This document shows positions 1 through 13,619 of a DNA stretch of 64,000 nucleotides, in pieces. A model generated the notes under the pieces. That model worked only from the letters and a program-made list of their open reading frames with translations, made no database searches and was not told the origin of the DNA. Both the position numbers and the translations under genes were made by a program. The stretch is taken from assembly GCF_006345805.1 (NCBI RefSeq), contig NC_043001.1, positions 41,044,001-41,108,000 on the forward strand, in the 5' to 3' direction. This DNA comes from Octopus sinensis (lineage: Eukaryota). The stretch's first letter is position 1; each line of letters begins with the position of its first letter.

Positions 1-810
1 CTTCCTAATTATTAAGACTTTGGTTTTTGCTAAATTGACTCTGAGGCCCTTCGAGTTTAGACTTTGCTTCCACGCCTGAAACTTCTCCTCTAGTTCTGAT
101 AGTGACTCAGCTATTAGAGCAAGCTCATCAGGATAGAGAAGCTTCCAGGGGCAGCTTGTCTTGAATTCCTCTGTTATTGCCTGGAAGACTATGATGAAAA
201 AGAGGAGGCTGAGGACTGATCCTTGTTGGACCCCTACCCGGAATTCTTCACTATACTCATTGTCAACCCTCACCTTACTTACAGCATCCCTGAACAAGGC
301 TTGTACAGCTCTCACTAACGACACATCTATCTCTAGCTTCCGCATTGACCACCAGATAAGGGTTGGGGGACCCTGTCAAAGGCTTTCTCCATGTCAACAA
401 AATCCAGGCACAGAGGTTTATCTCAGGTTAGGTACTTTTCCTGCAGCTGTCTTACCAGAAACATAGCATCAGTAGTGCCTTTCCTGGCACAAACCCAAAC
501 TGCATCTCTTCTAAATTGACTCTCTCCCTAATTAATTGGGCTATGACCCACTCCGTGACTTTCATTACCTGATCCAAAAGCCTGATACCTCTGTAATTAT
601 TCGTATCTAATGCATCACCTTTACCTTTGTAGCAGTTGACTATGGTGCTGCTACACCAGTCATTGGGTATGACTCCATCATGTATCACCTGATTGACTAT
701 ATAGGTAACTAGACTATAGCCGACATCGCCAGGTATTTTAAGCATCTCCGCAGTAATTCCTGATGGGCCAGGGGCATTCCCTGTTTTCATACCCTTAATT
801 GCTAGAAATT
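1..810 (-). mobile_element. RTE-clade LINE ORF2 fragment (reverse transcriptase), frameshifted
   Basis: KGMKTGNAPGPSGITAEMLK, NNYRGIRLLDQVMKV and QFGFVPG motifs. Confidence 0.92.
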
Positions 811-1128
811 GAATCAAAATTCAAAAAACTGTATTGTCTAAAAAAAAACTTCTACTTCTGACAATTTAAATTTTTTATTGTATATCAAATTCCTATACTG
901 CTACATATTTCTTGGCAAATAGCGTTCACAAATGCATACTTCTCTTATCACAAACCACTCAAATGTTGAGCTATAAGTTGAATCTAGTGATAGATTATTA
1001 AGGTCAACAATCCATACTGATGAAATAAAAATAACACATCCTACATTTAGTTATCACACAAATAAATACAGATTCTAAATTGAAACTGAATCATAAACAT
1101 TCTTCATTAATCATCATTAAATTCTTAC

Positions 1129-1285
1129 CATGGATCACTTCCATCTGTTGGACTCTGTTCATTTTGGAGAGGGCATCCATTCCAGTTGGAGCATTAGAGT
1201 TAACCTGTTGCCCTTGTTCTTCATAAACACTAATAGGATCCTTCTCATCTAACAGGAAAGCGACCTTGTGGCTCTTATACATCTC
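1129..1285 (-). CDS. UBR7: UBR7 exon 9 (EMYKSHKVAFLLDEKDPISVYEEQG...MDALSKMNRVQQMEVIH); terminal exon(s) lie outside the window
   Basis: 157 nt, AG/GT, conserved MY....V.FL.DE.D...YE..G and MD.LS.MNRVQQ.E motifs. Confidence 0.95.
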
Positions 1286-2241
1286 CTGATAGTTAAAATA
1301 AAAGGAAGAAACAATGACATAACTTGATAAATATTAACAGTAAAAAAAAAAAAACATCTGTCAGCTGGTACTATGAAAACTTTAGTTATTCATATACATG
1401 CTTCTATTAGATAATCAGAGCAAAGACCCTCTTCAGTCATGAATGACAATGGGATTGCACCTAGAAAATTACCTGGTGAGACACAAGTCTAGGCAATGTT
1501 GTTTATGGAAGACCGGCAGTTGCCCATCCATACTAGCCTCCCCTCTCCACATCACCAATGTTATCCAAGGGAAAGACAAAGGCCAACACAACTCGGCACT
1601 AATGACATCACAACTCATTTCTACTGCTGAGTCAACTGGAGCAATGTGAAATAAAGTGTCCTGCTCAAGAACACAACACACAGCCCAGTCTGGGAATTGA
1701 ACTCACTAACCCTGAGCCATGCACCTTCATTAGATAATCACCTATCAATGTATATATGGTTACATTTGTGTATTTCTGTATGTCCCATCACTAACATACT
1801 AACTGTTATGTCATGAAGAGAAAGGTAACCATTCTTTCATTTCTTTTTGCAAGAAAATCTGTTTAAATAAAGTAAATATATTTCTTCAGTAAAAATTTAA
1901 CAATTAATCTTTTCACAGTGATAGAAAATTTAGATTAAATGGTTAATGATTTTTAGCTTATTTTAGCAGAACCCAGCCTTGTTTGTAGAGGTTAAGTATT
2001 CAACAGCAACAGGTAACTAAAAGTAAGAAAAGTGCCCCACACTTCTAAGTTCACACCAATATTCAAGTGGAACATCTGATAAAAAATTTATTCAAAAATG
2101 TACGTGTTCTAATACTAATGTTTTAGTCACTTGCAATAGTTATTGAGAGAGGGGCTATATAGCCCCATCTTTCATGAAATAATATTCACTCTACATAATG
2201 AATGATATTGCTTTAAATATAATACTTTATAAATTACATAC

Positions 2242-2364
2242 CAGGCATTTTGAACATGAACACAGATAAGAACGCCAACCTTCTTTCCAATATGTTGAAT
2301 GCTCTTTCAAGATAACATCATCATTTTGTAGTTGTCTGTACACACATTTTTCCTCAGCAGGATT
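2242..2364 (-). CDS. UBR7: UBR7 exon 8 (NPAEEKCVYRQLQ...STYWKEGWRSYLCSCSKCL)
   Basis: 123 nt, AG/GT, conserved TYW...WRS.LC.C..C motif. Confidence 0.93.
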
Positions 2365-2939
2365 CTTATTAGAAGAAAAAATTGAATGAAATTAAATGAA
2401 AATTAAGATATTTTAAAGCTTGATATTATTTAACTCTTTCATGTCATGTAAACTAATTTTATGCTATAACAAGTATAAAGCAAGCAACAAAAAGGAATTT
2501 CAGCAACTGCTGTGGAATCTGACAAATATGAGAAAAAGTAAATGGGCATCAAAAGTACATTGGCTGATATTAACAAGAGACAGTTACATCAGTAAGATGT
2601 ACATGATTGATAGCTGACTTAAGAATAGTTATTTGTCTAGAACAAAAGCTTCAGACACAGGAAAACTTAGAAAGTGGTTCAATCAGACTAACTGGACCCA
2701 CAATACAATGGAAAGATGTTTTATACCAAAACTAAGATAACAAAGATATTGTATTATTAAATTCTATCACTATTAATTTATGTTTCTTTTGCATTCTATA
2801 AGAAATACCTCCTACCACAAAAATTTTGTCTCAGATGAGCCAACAGAGCAGCCTCTATATGGTGGCTCAACTTGCTAGAAATAGCAACCTAATTTCCATT
2901 AAATTACATCACAGGATGCTTTGGGTGCATTTTATTACT

Positions 2940-5150
2940 GCACCAACACTAGAGAAGCAGGCTAGTCTTCAGCAAGACTAGAAGATAACATGGTGGTGGA
3001 ACAATGTAGTTGACAGGGCCATTAGGGAAAAGAAACAGGCTTGGAAGGACTGGAAAAGTGGTGGTAGCAGGGAACTGTATCAGATTCCCAGAAGGGAAGC
3101 TAGGAGACAGGTTTACTTAGCCAGAGGAGAAGCAAATAAGAACAAATTTGCCAATGTTCTGAGTCATGAGGACCAGAGACTTGAAGTATTTCGAATTGCA
3201 AGACAGTGTATAAAGGCAAATGATGATGTCATAGAAGAGAAATGTGTCCACATGTATGATGACTCACTTGCCTTTAATGATGCTGCAAAAAGAGAGACTT
3301 GGAAACACAACTATGAACGGTTGCTAAATGAAGAGAATGAATGGGAGGAGAGCTTGTCACATATTGACTCAACAGAGGGACTACCTATTCGAATTGACAG
3401 TACATTGGTAGATAAAGCAATTAAGGATATGAAGACAGGAAAGCCCCCAGCCTATCAGGAATCACTGCTGAGATGCTTAAAATATCTGGCAGTGCAGGCT
3501 ATAGCCTAGTCACCTGTATTGTAAACCAGGTAATACACCAATACTGGTGTAACAGCACCATAGTCAACTGCTACAAATGTAAAGGTGATGCACAAGACAG
3601 GCATAAGTAGAGGAATCAAACTGTTCGATCAGGTGATGAAAGTCATGGAGAGGGTCACAGCCCAACTAATTAGGGAGAGAGTTAGTTTAGATGGGATGTA
3701 GTTTGGGTTTGTGCCAGGGAGAAGCACCACTGATGCTATATTTCTGGCAAGACAGCTGCAGGAGACAGCCAAAGATAAACCTCTGTACTTGCCTTTTGTT
3801 GACATGGAGAAAGTCTTTGACAGGGTCCCCCGATCCCTTATTTGGTGGTCAATGCAAAAACTAGGGATAGCTGAATGATTGGTGAGAGCTGTTCAAGCCA
3901 TGTACAGAGATGCTGTCACTAAGGTGAGGGTTGGCAACTAGTGAAGAATTCTGGGCAGAAGTGGGGGTTCACCAAGAATCAGTCCTCAGCCCCCTCTTTT
4001 TCATCATAGTCCTCCAGGCAATAACAGAGGAATTCAAGACAGGCTGCTCCTGGGAGTTCCTCTATGCTGATGATCTTGCTCTGATAGCGGAGTTACTATT
4101 GGAACTAGAAGAAGTTCCATGTGTGGAAGCAAGGTCTAGAATTGAAGAGCCTTTGGTTCAACTTAGCAAAAAGTTTTAGTAAGTAGGAAGGCAAACAAAT
4201 CGCAAATCTCTTCAGGTAAATGGCCCTGCTTGATCTGTAGAAAAGGCATAGGTAGAAACTCCAAAATATGTACCTGGTGTAAGCTATGGACACATAAGAG
4301 GTACAGTAATATCAAAGGAAGGCTAACTGGGAAGATAGTGTTTGTGTGCACAGAGGCAATAAACACTGAAGATATACAGAAAACAGATTCCATCACATGC
4401 CAAGCAGAAAAACTAGAAGTAGTTGTTAGCTTCGGTTACCTAGGTGACCAAGTCAGCAGCCAGGTTCGATGCTCTGAGAATGTAACTGCGAGAATAAGAA
4501 TAGCCTGAGCAAAGTTCAGACAGCTCCTTCTTTTGCTGTTAACATAGTCTACCTTCAGAGTGAAAGGTAGACTGTATGTGTGCGAACAGCCATGCTACAC
4601 AGCAGGGAAACATGGACTGTGACTGCTGAGGACATGCATAGGCTTGAAAGAAATGAAGCTAGTATTCTCTGCTGGATGTGTAATGTCAGTGTGCATACAG
4701 AGTGTAAGCGCCCTGAGAGAAAAGTTAGACATAAGAAGCATCAAATGTGGTGTGCCAGAGGTCATGTGTTGTGTATGGATGAGGACAGCTGTGTGAATAT
4801 CACACTCTAACAGTGAAGGGAACCTGTGGACAAGACATGGGGTGAGGTGGTGCAGCACAACCTTCAAATGTTAGGCCTCAGAGGCAATGACAGGTAACTG
4901 AAACCTTTGAACCAAGTGAAATCGTAGTCGTGGTCAATGCCAGTGCAGCCTGGTTGGCTCCCATGCCAGTAGCATGTAAATAGTACCCACTACACTCTTG
5001 GAGTGATTCGAGTTAGGAAGGGCATCCAGCTCTAGAAACTTTGATAAATCAGACTGGAGCTTGATGCAGCCTCCTGGCCTGCTAGTTCTCAGTCAAACCA
5101 TCCAACCCATGCCAGCATAGAAAGTGGATGTTAAACGACAACAATGATCT
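2940..5150 (+). mobile_element. Degenerate 5'-truncated RTE LINE with its 3' tail
   Basis: RT motifs (GVHQESVLSPLFF, LYADDL), C-terminal RTAMLH.SETW and the family 3' end aacccatgccagcat...gttaaacgac. Confidence 0.92.
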
Positions 5151-7276
5151 ATGTTTGTGTGTGTGTGTTTGTGTGTGTAGATATACACACACATATAAAG
5201 GGCTTTTTTCTGTTTCTATATACTAAATCCACCCACAAGCCTCTGGTGTGCCTGGGGTAATAACAGAATACATTTGCCCAAGGTGAATGCAGTAGGATTA
5301 AACCCAGAACCATGCAATTGGGAAGCAAATTACCTACAACACAGCCATGCCTGTTCTTATATTACATTTGAAAATACAATGGAACTGTCAAGGCTGGAAT
5401 GTCTTTGACCATAAGCTGATCTATAGATATACAGTTACAACGCCTTCAAGTAGACAACAGGATGCATTGAAAGTAAATAACATTTAATATCTATTCTAAG
5501 AAACATGACTAAACTAAAACACACATAGCCAATAACAACTTGAACTGGTGAAAGTTAATGCTTACTCATTAAGAAATCCTTTCATACACATTGTCATACA
5601 CCATGATATCTTTGATAGTTATGGTGTATGACTATGTACGAGATGTTTTGTATGTGACGGACTATGGCAAACAACTTGCCATCATACACATCCTAGATCT
5701 GAACTGGAACTTGAATCCAGTAGCAAGGCTGACAAATTGGGTCCCTATAAAGATTTCAAATTGTTCTTGAAAAATCATCATCATTGTTTAACATCAGCCT
5801 TCCATGTTGGCATGGGTGGAACAGTTTGACAGGAGCCTGCCAGGCAGAAGCCAGCACCAGTCTTCTGCGACTGATTTGGCAGGATTTTTACAGCTGGATG
5901 CCCTTCCTAACACCAACTACTCAGCAGAGTGGACTTAGTGCTTTTTATGTGGCACAAGCAGAGGTGAGATGAGTTTGGGGCAAGATTTTTACAACTGGAT
6001 GCTCTTCCAAATGCCAACCACTTTACAATGTGAACTGGATTCTTTTTAAGTGACACCTGCACTGGCAGGGTCACCAAGTACCTTACACAAACAAAAAATC
6101 TTTTGAGAGGGGAGGGGACCATTGGAGAAGATCTTGTCTCAGATGATGAAAGGTTATAGTAAGACAGAGACAGAAACAGGTGTCTTGCTGTAGAAGAGGT
6201 ACAAGGTTACCCAGCTGGAGAGAAAAGAATGAAGACAGAAACAGGTGTGTTGCCGCAAAGGAGATACACAGTTACCCAAACTGAGGGAAGAGCAGAGGGG
6301 GGTAGACAGCAAGATGGTGGCAAAGTGCTGGGTATACTCACAAGGGATGAGGATCAGAATCCACAGAAAAATTTAAATGCTGAAAGCTTTAAAGTAGTTG
6401 ATAAATTATATAGTGCTCTTATTCTTTACTGTTGTGAAGGGCACCTTCATAGATCGTGAACTTATTTCTAGTGTCAATAAAAGAAGAATTTGGCTTTTAA
6501 CAAAGTTGTGATTTCTAAATAATTCAGTTATGATGTTTCATCATCATTGTTTAACATCCACTTTCCCATGCTTGCATAAGTTGGATGGAATTTGTGGAGG
6601 CACATTTTCTACAGCAAGATCTCTCCCTGTTGCTAATCATCACCTGTTTCCAAGTAAGGTAATATTTCTCCATAACCAGATATGTTTCTATGGAAGACTG
6701 GAAATGAAGAGCACAACTTGCATGATAGTGACATTGATTTACAACTATAACATGAAATCAAGGCAAGGAGATACAAACACACACATATATGCTACCAAAT
6801 CCACGTCAACCTATGGCTATAGTAGAAGGTGCCATGCAGTGGGACTGAACTCAAGGAAGTTGGGAAGCAACTAGTCAGGTATGCTTGCACATATTATTGA
6901 AGCTATTTATATCATAACATTGACATGATATAACGCTCATTATAGTAACTACCTATGATTTGTTTTTCATTTTCTTTCCTGTATTTTATCATAATTTAAA
7001 AGCAGTTATATCTTCTCATTAAAAGTCAATTCTGCCAACCTGTTAAATATTAACGAAACCCCTGAAATACATGGTTAATATCACAAAAAAAAAATGTTTC
7101 TTTATGAGTTGTTATTTATGCTTTAATTACACATGTAAATGATTAAGTTATTTCCACATTTACAAGAAATTTTCAGTAACATAATATTCCAGGTATTTTT
7201 TCTAAATTCCTGATTCAGCAAATAACACCTGAAAATATGGGCATCACAAAGAAAATTTTAATATTAAGTAACTCAC

Positions 7277-7467
7277 CAAGTTATTATCTTTGTCAGAAGG
7301 ATTACCATCTTCAGTCTTCTTCTGAAAAGACTCACCAGACTGTGTTGATTTCTTTTCTTCGGGGTCTTTTTTCTGTTTAGTGTCAGCACAACCATCAGAC
7401 TGAGGTTTGTTTTTGTGAGATTCCACATCTACATCAACATTTTCATTGCATTTTTCTATCTTTACAG
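7277..7467 (-). CDS. UBR7: UBR7 exon 7, poorly conserved charged linker (AVKIEKCNENVDVDVESHK...DKDNNL)
   Basis: 191 nt open frame, TAG acceptor and GTGAGT donor; phase 1 in and phase 0 out fit the neighbours. Confidence 0.88.
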
Positions 7468-8504
7468 CTACAAGATAATTTATTACAAAAGTTATACTAT
7501 GATATACAAGGCTTTTAACATTAAAAAAAAAACAATTGAATAAAGTTTTTCATAACAGGACTGTGTCTATATTAAGGGGTAAAATATCTGACTAAAACTA
7601 GCAAAAGTAACATTTTAGTAGTTTACAAAAAAAAATCATTCCCACAGTAAAATCTGAGATTTCTGTTACATGAAGAGTTGTTTGTGTAAGATGACATATA
7701 TACTGCAAGAAGCAGAACCACTAAGACAATTAAATTTCTTATTTTGCCAACTTCTGTAACCATTCTCATGTTAAATGTTGCACTCTGTACTCTTTTGGGT
7801 TACACCCATGAAGCTAAGGCAATCCTTATGTCAAAACAACATTAAGATTCCATGGTATGTATTCAGGAAACCATTCCAGTGTTGCAATTAATTGATATCC
7901 ACATCTGAATAAGACCTAATAGCCAAGAAGGAAAGGTAATACCTATGATTTCTACAAGCTTCCCTCAAACTGGTCAGATTGATGCAGTTAAGTGAATCTG
8001 TGGAAAAATTATGGGCAGGGAAGAAATTCCAAAGAATCAATGATCTGGAGAGAAAGGACTGGGATAAAAAAAAACATGGAAAGAGACAATTTGGGGGAAG
8101 AAATATGCACCATAATTAAGGGGTTTTCTAAATGTTTCTTTCTGTCATCTTCAAAATGAAGGATAAAATAGAAGTAGAGATTATAAAAATGGGTCTAGTA
8201 TGATATAATTATTATAGATTATATATTTTATAATCACACATATGGTAATCTTATATTATAAAATTATCATATGTGTGATTAAGAAATAAACTATAGAAAA
8301 TATTTAATAAAAACGTTGAGAAATGTTAAGTCTTCAAAAAAAAATGTCCATTTTCACAAGCCAAAATGTCAATATTATGGATCAGGAACAATTATATACT
8401 GTTTATTATTTAATATAACAGAATAATTCAACAACAGTTCGTGTAAATAGATTTTTTTAAATAGTATATTTTTTCTAAAGTATTGAAAAGCTTAGGTAAC
8501 TCAC

Positions 8505-8610
8505 CTGTATTAGCAGCTTGGTATGCCCAGAGGAAGGGACACTTTTTCATGCAGCTACTACATACAACCTCTACACTATCATCATGTTCAGGAAAATCAG
8601 CATTCAAATG
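8505..8610 (-). CDS. UBR7: UBR7 exon 6 (HLNADFPEHDDSVEVVCSSCMKKCPFLWAYQAANT)
   Basis: 106 nt, AG/GT, C..CM..C.FLWAY motif at the end of the PHD finger. Confidence 0.95.
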
Positions 8611-10264
8611 CTAGAAAATTTAGTAGAAAAACAAATAATAAAAATGACACGAGTAAATTATAAAAATGTCATAAATAAAACACAAAACATGACACAATGT
8701 ACTATGTGTATATAAACATAGTTTTGCTGTCAAGTGGATATAATGGGCCTTAGAAGAGTTTCAGGAGACCAAAATACATTAACTTGATTCCTCAACACAT
8801 GCTCTTAATTAACTTGGGTCCAAGGTAAAATGAAAAAGATCTTACACTGAAACTTAAATTTATAACTTCAAGATTATATATCAGAGAAAACCTCTATACC
8901 TTAAGTTAAAAAAATTCAAAACAGCTTCTCAGATAATGCAGATTACAAGTAGTCTCCTCAAATTCCAGTAATTATACTATACTTTAAAAACTAATTTACA
9001 TTTATTTTGACTTGTTTTAAAAGAAAGATGATATTGAACATTAAAAAGAAACCAGACAGTCAAACCGTCCAACCTATGCCAGCATGGAAAGTGGATGTTA
9101 AATGACGATGATGATGATGAAGCACTACACTTCGCTCAATTAGTAGTGCTACACTGAACCGGACTGAATCAGATTCCAAAAGGTTCAATGTGGTGCACTG
9201 GGCTAAACTAACAGGTAGATAATGAGTGTTGTGGTGTAACTCTTTCTGAAGTTTTAAATTTTAATCAAGCCAAGACTGATGTTACCTTATTAATAGACTA
9301 CTAAAAGTGAAAAGTAAAAATATTGCAGAACAAACCAAAATTTTATTCTGCTAAATCCAGCCCTATAAACATGGTTAAGGACAGACAGACAGACAGACAG
9401 ACACACACACTCTCTCTCTCTATCACTGAAATATATTATGTACATGCATGTGCACACCATCCCATCACTATATATACAGGAGCTGCTCATACTTGCCGAT
9501 CAAATATGTTTCAAACTTCCTGCAACACCAATCAGAGCCATCTCAGCTGAGCAAGCATAAGCTTTCAAAAGCTGAGTGCACAGCCATTCTCAGCATGTGA
9601 AATGCAGTGAACTTGTGATAAGCCTACTGGAACTTTATTTCAGCAAAAAATATCTGACAACAATATTAACAACTGCATACAATAAAAATAAATGAAACCA
9701 CTTAATACGTAATGAATTTTAATTCCAAATCATAAAAGAAATATAAATTTCCCCAGAATATAGAAAGATAATAATCTTAGAAGAAAGCTTTTATGATGCT
9801 TCCTACTTTTACTTAACGGATACTTAAGTGCATGTTGTCAAGCCATACAAAATATTCTGGTTAAACTGGTTCAAGAATCAACACAGGTATTTATATAAAA
9901 AAATGTTTGACACATGGTTTAAGAACTCTAGTTGGAAGCGTTTGGTCTTTGGTAAGATTATTTTAAGAGAGATAGAGAGCAACAATCATCAATATTTAAT
10001 GATGTGCTTAAATTTACTAAATAAACCTGGTCTCACAATAAAAACAGCAATAATACTTTTAGAAAAAAAAGGAACTGGATTTGATCACACCTGAATTTGA
10101 AGTCTTAACCCCCAAATCTCACATATAAAATAATGAATGGATCAAATGAGTTAGTTAAAACATTCTACTGAATCAATTATTAAAATTTCCACGTTCTAAT
10201 TGAACATCTGCTTTTTCTTTGAGGCCTAACACACACACAAAAGACAAAGAAGAGGTCAACTTAC

Positions 10265-10318
10265 TCTCTGATGGTACCAATCTTCACAGATAACACATTG
10301 GAACATCTCATCATCAAT
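10265..10318 (-). CDS. UBR7: UBR7 exon 5 (IDDEMFQCVICEDWYHQR)
   Basis: 54 nt, AG/GT, PHD motif DEM.QC..CEDW.H. Confidence 0.96.
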
Positions 10319-10692
10319 CTGAAGTAAAATAGTCATGTTTAGACAATATTCACGATATGAAAATAATGACTTAAGAAGCATACACACTTCCTCCTTTCTC
10401 TTCCCTTTGGTTTATTCTAGTTGCTATCTTATTACCTCCCTCTATCAGCATAATTATATCATCATTCCACATGCCAAAAGTAAGAAATAAAAATATCTGT
10501 ACAGATAAATAACTGTCATTATTATGGACCACAACCAACACACATGTATACTCAGTGTTGTGAAGCAATTTTTTCCACAAATCTTTTATTACTTAGTTAT
10601 TTCAATTACTATTGTTTCACTAACAATTAAGGCTCAATCTACTTGAAACAAACTCTCCCTATTTTCCACAAAGTTTTAAGGTCTTCCCTTAA

Positions 10693-11900
10693 CCCTTTCG
10701 TTACTATATTTCTGACCAAAATACACCCCTCATGAGTTTCAATTAAATTCTAAAATAATCATGAATCTAGGCTTGTTTCATTAAATAACTGTAACTTTTT
10801 TACTTATCAACATATTAATGTGATATTTGGAACATAATTAAAGAAAGGGTTCTTAATCAATTCTATTGCATAACTTTTGTCTCAAAGTGACTTTAATTAC
10901 AGGTAAATCCAGGTAAATTGAGCAAAAGGTAAAAATATTAAAATTTTAAAATGAGCAAAAGGTAAAAATATTAAAATTTTAAAATGAGCAAAAGGTAAAA
11001 ATATTAAAATTTTGTTTAAACATCACCATAGAAAATGAATCATCAGCTAATATTCAAATGGGTATGCAACAAAATTTTGATAAAGAAGAATTGTGCACAT
11101 CACTATACCATCAGTTGAATTTAATGCACAACAGGTGAACCATAAAGGTGGAATAAACTGAAATATTGGAATCCACCGTAAGTTAGACCGAACTAAAGAA
11201 ATCCATCAAAAAATAATATACGGCCCTGGTTATGGTATGGAAGTGATAAATTCCAGACCACATCGTTCCCTAGGCCATGCTGACTAACATTATTTTCCCT
11301 GTATAAAAACTAAATCCACGCAGTACCCAGTATTTGCTTCACAAATTTTCCGAAATTTGAACCCCCATTTTGTGTTTGTTTACGTTCTGCATAAGTTTAT
11401 TTCCGCATTGATCGCTTCAAACAATAACTTCTAGACCACATCATACCCTAAGCCATGCTGACTAACATTAGTTTCCCTGTATAAAAACTAAATCCACAAC
11501 AGTACCCAGTATTTGTTTCACAAATTTTCCAATTCGGAATCAATGCTTGATAACATGAAACTCCCATCTATTTTCAAAGTTGAAGAAAAATCGATGCCGA
11601 AAAAAATGTGGAAAAAAATCTCCCAATATTCAGGGAATTAAAATTACACGTCGATCTTTGTACAAAACTGTAGATTAACTGTTTACGAAGCATAATCACG
11701 TGTTTTCACAAATGTACTAAAGAGATTTGCTCTGATATTCTCATTTAAATATGAATAGGTAAATTTGGGCGGTTTGGTCACATTAACTAAAATTTTTTTC
11801 GGGCAGTTTGGTCACATTAACTAAACTTTTTTTTCGGGCGGTTTGGTCACATTAACTAAAAATTTTTCAGGCGGCTTTGGGCGGTTTGGTAACGAAAGGG
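10693..11900. mobile_element. Non-autonomous piggyBac-like element (1208 bp)
   Basis: Perfect TIRs CCCTTTCGTTAC/GTAACGAAAGGG flanked by TTAA at 10689 and 11901; internal tandem and subterminal repeats. Confidence 0.9.
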
Positions 11901-12530
11901 TTAATAATTCCACTTCAAAATTGTACATAAACAGATTTTCTTCCTAAATTTTTCATACCTATCTACTCTACACAGCCAATACTTCTTAATTTTTCACATT
12001 TATTTTGCATACAGATGGCACAATAAAATGTCAGTCCACATTGTACAATGGTTTGAGTTAGGAAGGGCATCCAGCTGTAGAAACCTTGCCAAAAAGGAAA
12101 GAACCAATAGAAACAATATGAAGTGGAGAGGAACTTATACTTTTGTTGCAAACGACTTCTCTAGTGCTTACAACACAATAAAATACACTCAGTCTACATT
12201 GACAAGGGAGTTGTTGATAGTCAAGAGCATCTAGCCATAGAAGGCCATGCCAAAAATGACATGTACAACAGCGTTAGCCAAGATGTTCTGTGTGCCAGAT
12301 AATGAAGGACTACAGTGAGTAGCAAGACACTGTAAACCCATGCAAAAATGATGACGATAATGATCTTAACTGCACCAATCATTTTCTAATGGACAAGTGT
12401 TACTCAGTACTCCAGAGTCTAAGAATTGCATTAGTGAAAAACCAGTTATATTGTTTATCCATTTCCTGTATTTTTTATGTGCATCCTAACTAACATATCA
12501 ATTTAACATTATTAAACAGAATTGACTTAC

Positions 12531-12626
12531 ATCATCCTCAGGGTCAGGATAAGGCCTCTTACAAGTGCAATATTTACCAACAAAATTTTGGCTGTATTGA
12601 TTAAGTTCATTATAATCAGATTTTTC
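12531..12626 (-). CDS. UBR7: UBR7 exon 4 (EKSDYNELNQYSQNFVGKYCTCKRPYPDPEDD)
   Basis: 96 nt, AG/GT, NF.G.YC.CKRPYPDPED motif at the start of the PHD finger. Confidence 0.96.
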
Positions 12627-13561
12627 CTATATAAAAGAAAATATAAAAATGGGAAGAAAAACTTTACAGAGAGTAAATTGTTGAAATAAGGTCTACATAT
12701 CGATCTACATCCAAATAACCTGGAATCTGAAATTTTCTAATTCCTTCTATATCAAAACAAGTGGGAAATATAACTAATACCTACAAGATGATTAACATTT
12801 AACTATCATTTGCTGTAAACTGTAATATCCAAAGAAAACAGTATGAATATTGTAGAAATGAATAATTACATAAGTAGGATTTAAAAAGACAAACTCTACT
12901 AATTGACAATAAAAACGAAAGTATTTAAAATATCTGAATTCTGCATTAGTAACATAAGTATTCTGTTAGTTACTAAATACAATATTTAATAAGGTTGGTT
13001 TTCAGTAGAAGAAATGAATAACAATACAGAAGGTATTACAGACTACCTTTGTTCAAAAAAGCAAAATGCTTTACTCTAACAGCTGTTCTCAGCAAAACTA
13101 TATGATAATTTCACAACTACAGAGTAAGAACTAATCACTTTAATGCATAAAGTGGCATTCTTTTCTTTTCGAAAACTATCAAATAATATAAACCAAGACA
13201 TAAATGGCTAAGAGGTTAGAATACTGCAGCCATTGTTTCTTTGGACAAAGCAAGTAACTTTGTTAGTCTCAATTCATTTGTCTGATAATATCTGGATTCT
13301 ACTTTTTCACCATTGAGGACAGCAGTAAAAAAACATATCCAATGATGAAATCCATTGCACAAACAAATGTAAATATTCAAATTTACAAAAACTACCTATG
13401 CTAGAATATAAAAAAAAAGAAAGATGTAATAACCCTAAACATTTCAATTTTCAAATGAACAGTTATTTCTATTTTTATTCTCATCAGTGATTTAAAATTG
13501 CAAATATATGTAAACTTTTAAGATAATAAACAGTACAAAATAGTTGGAATACTCAACTTAC

Positions 13562-13619
13562 ACTAAACAGTTTACAGCGGTTTGGAAATTTTTTATTGCC
13601 ACAATCACATTTAAAATTC
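13562..13619 (-). CDS. UBR7: UBR7 exon 3 (R-NFKCDCGNKKFPNRCKLFS)
   Basis: 58 nt, AG/GT, completes the UBR box (NFxCDCGN); phases match both neighbours. Confidence 0.95.

Noticed and set aside
13440-13492. Minus-strand CUGAUGA...GAAA spacing resembling a hammerhead
   Set aside because: No stem II or III pairing; a chance match in AT-rich DNA.
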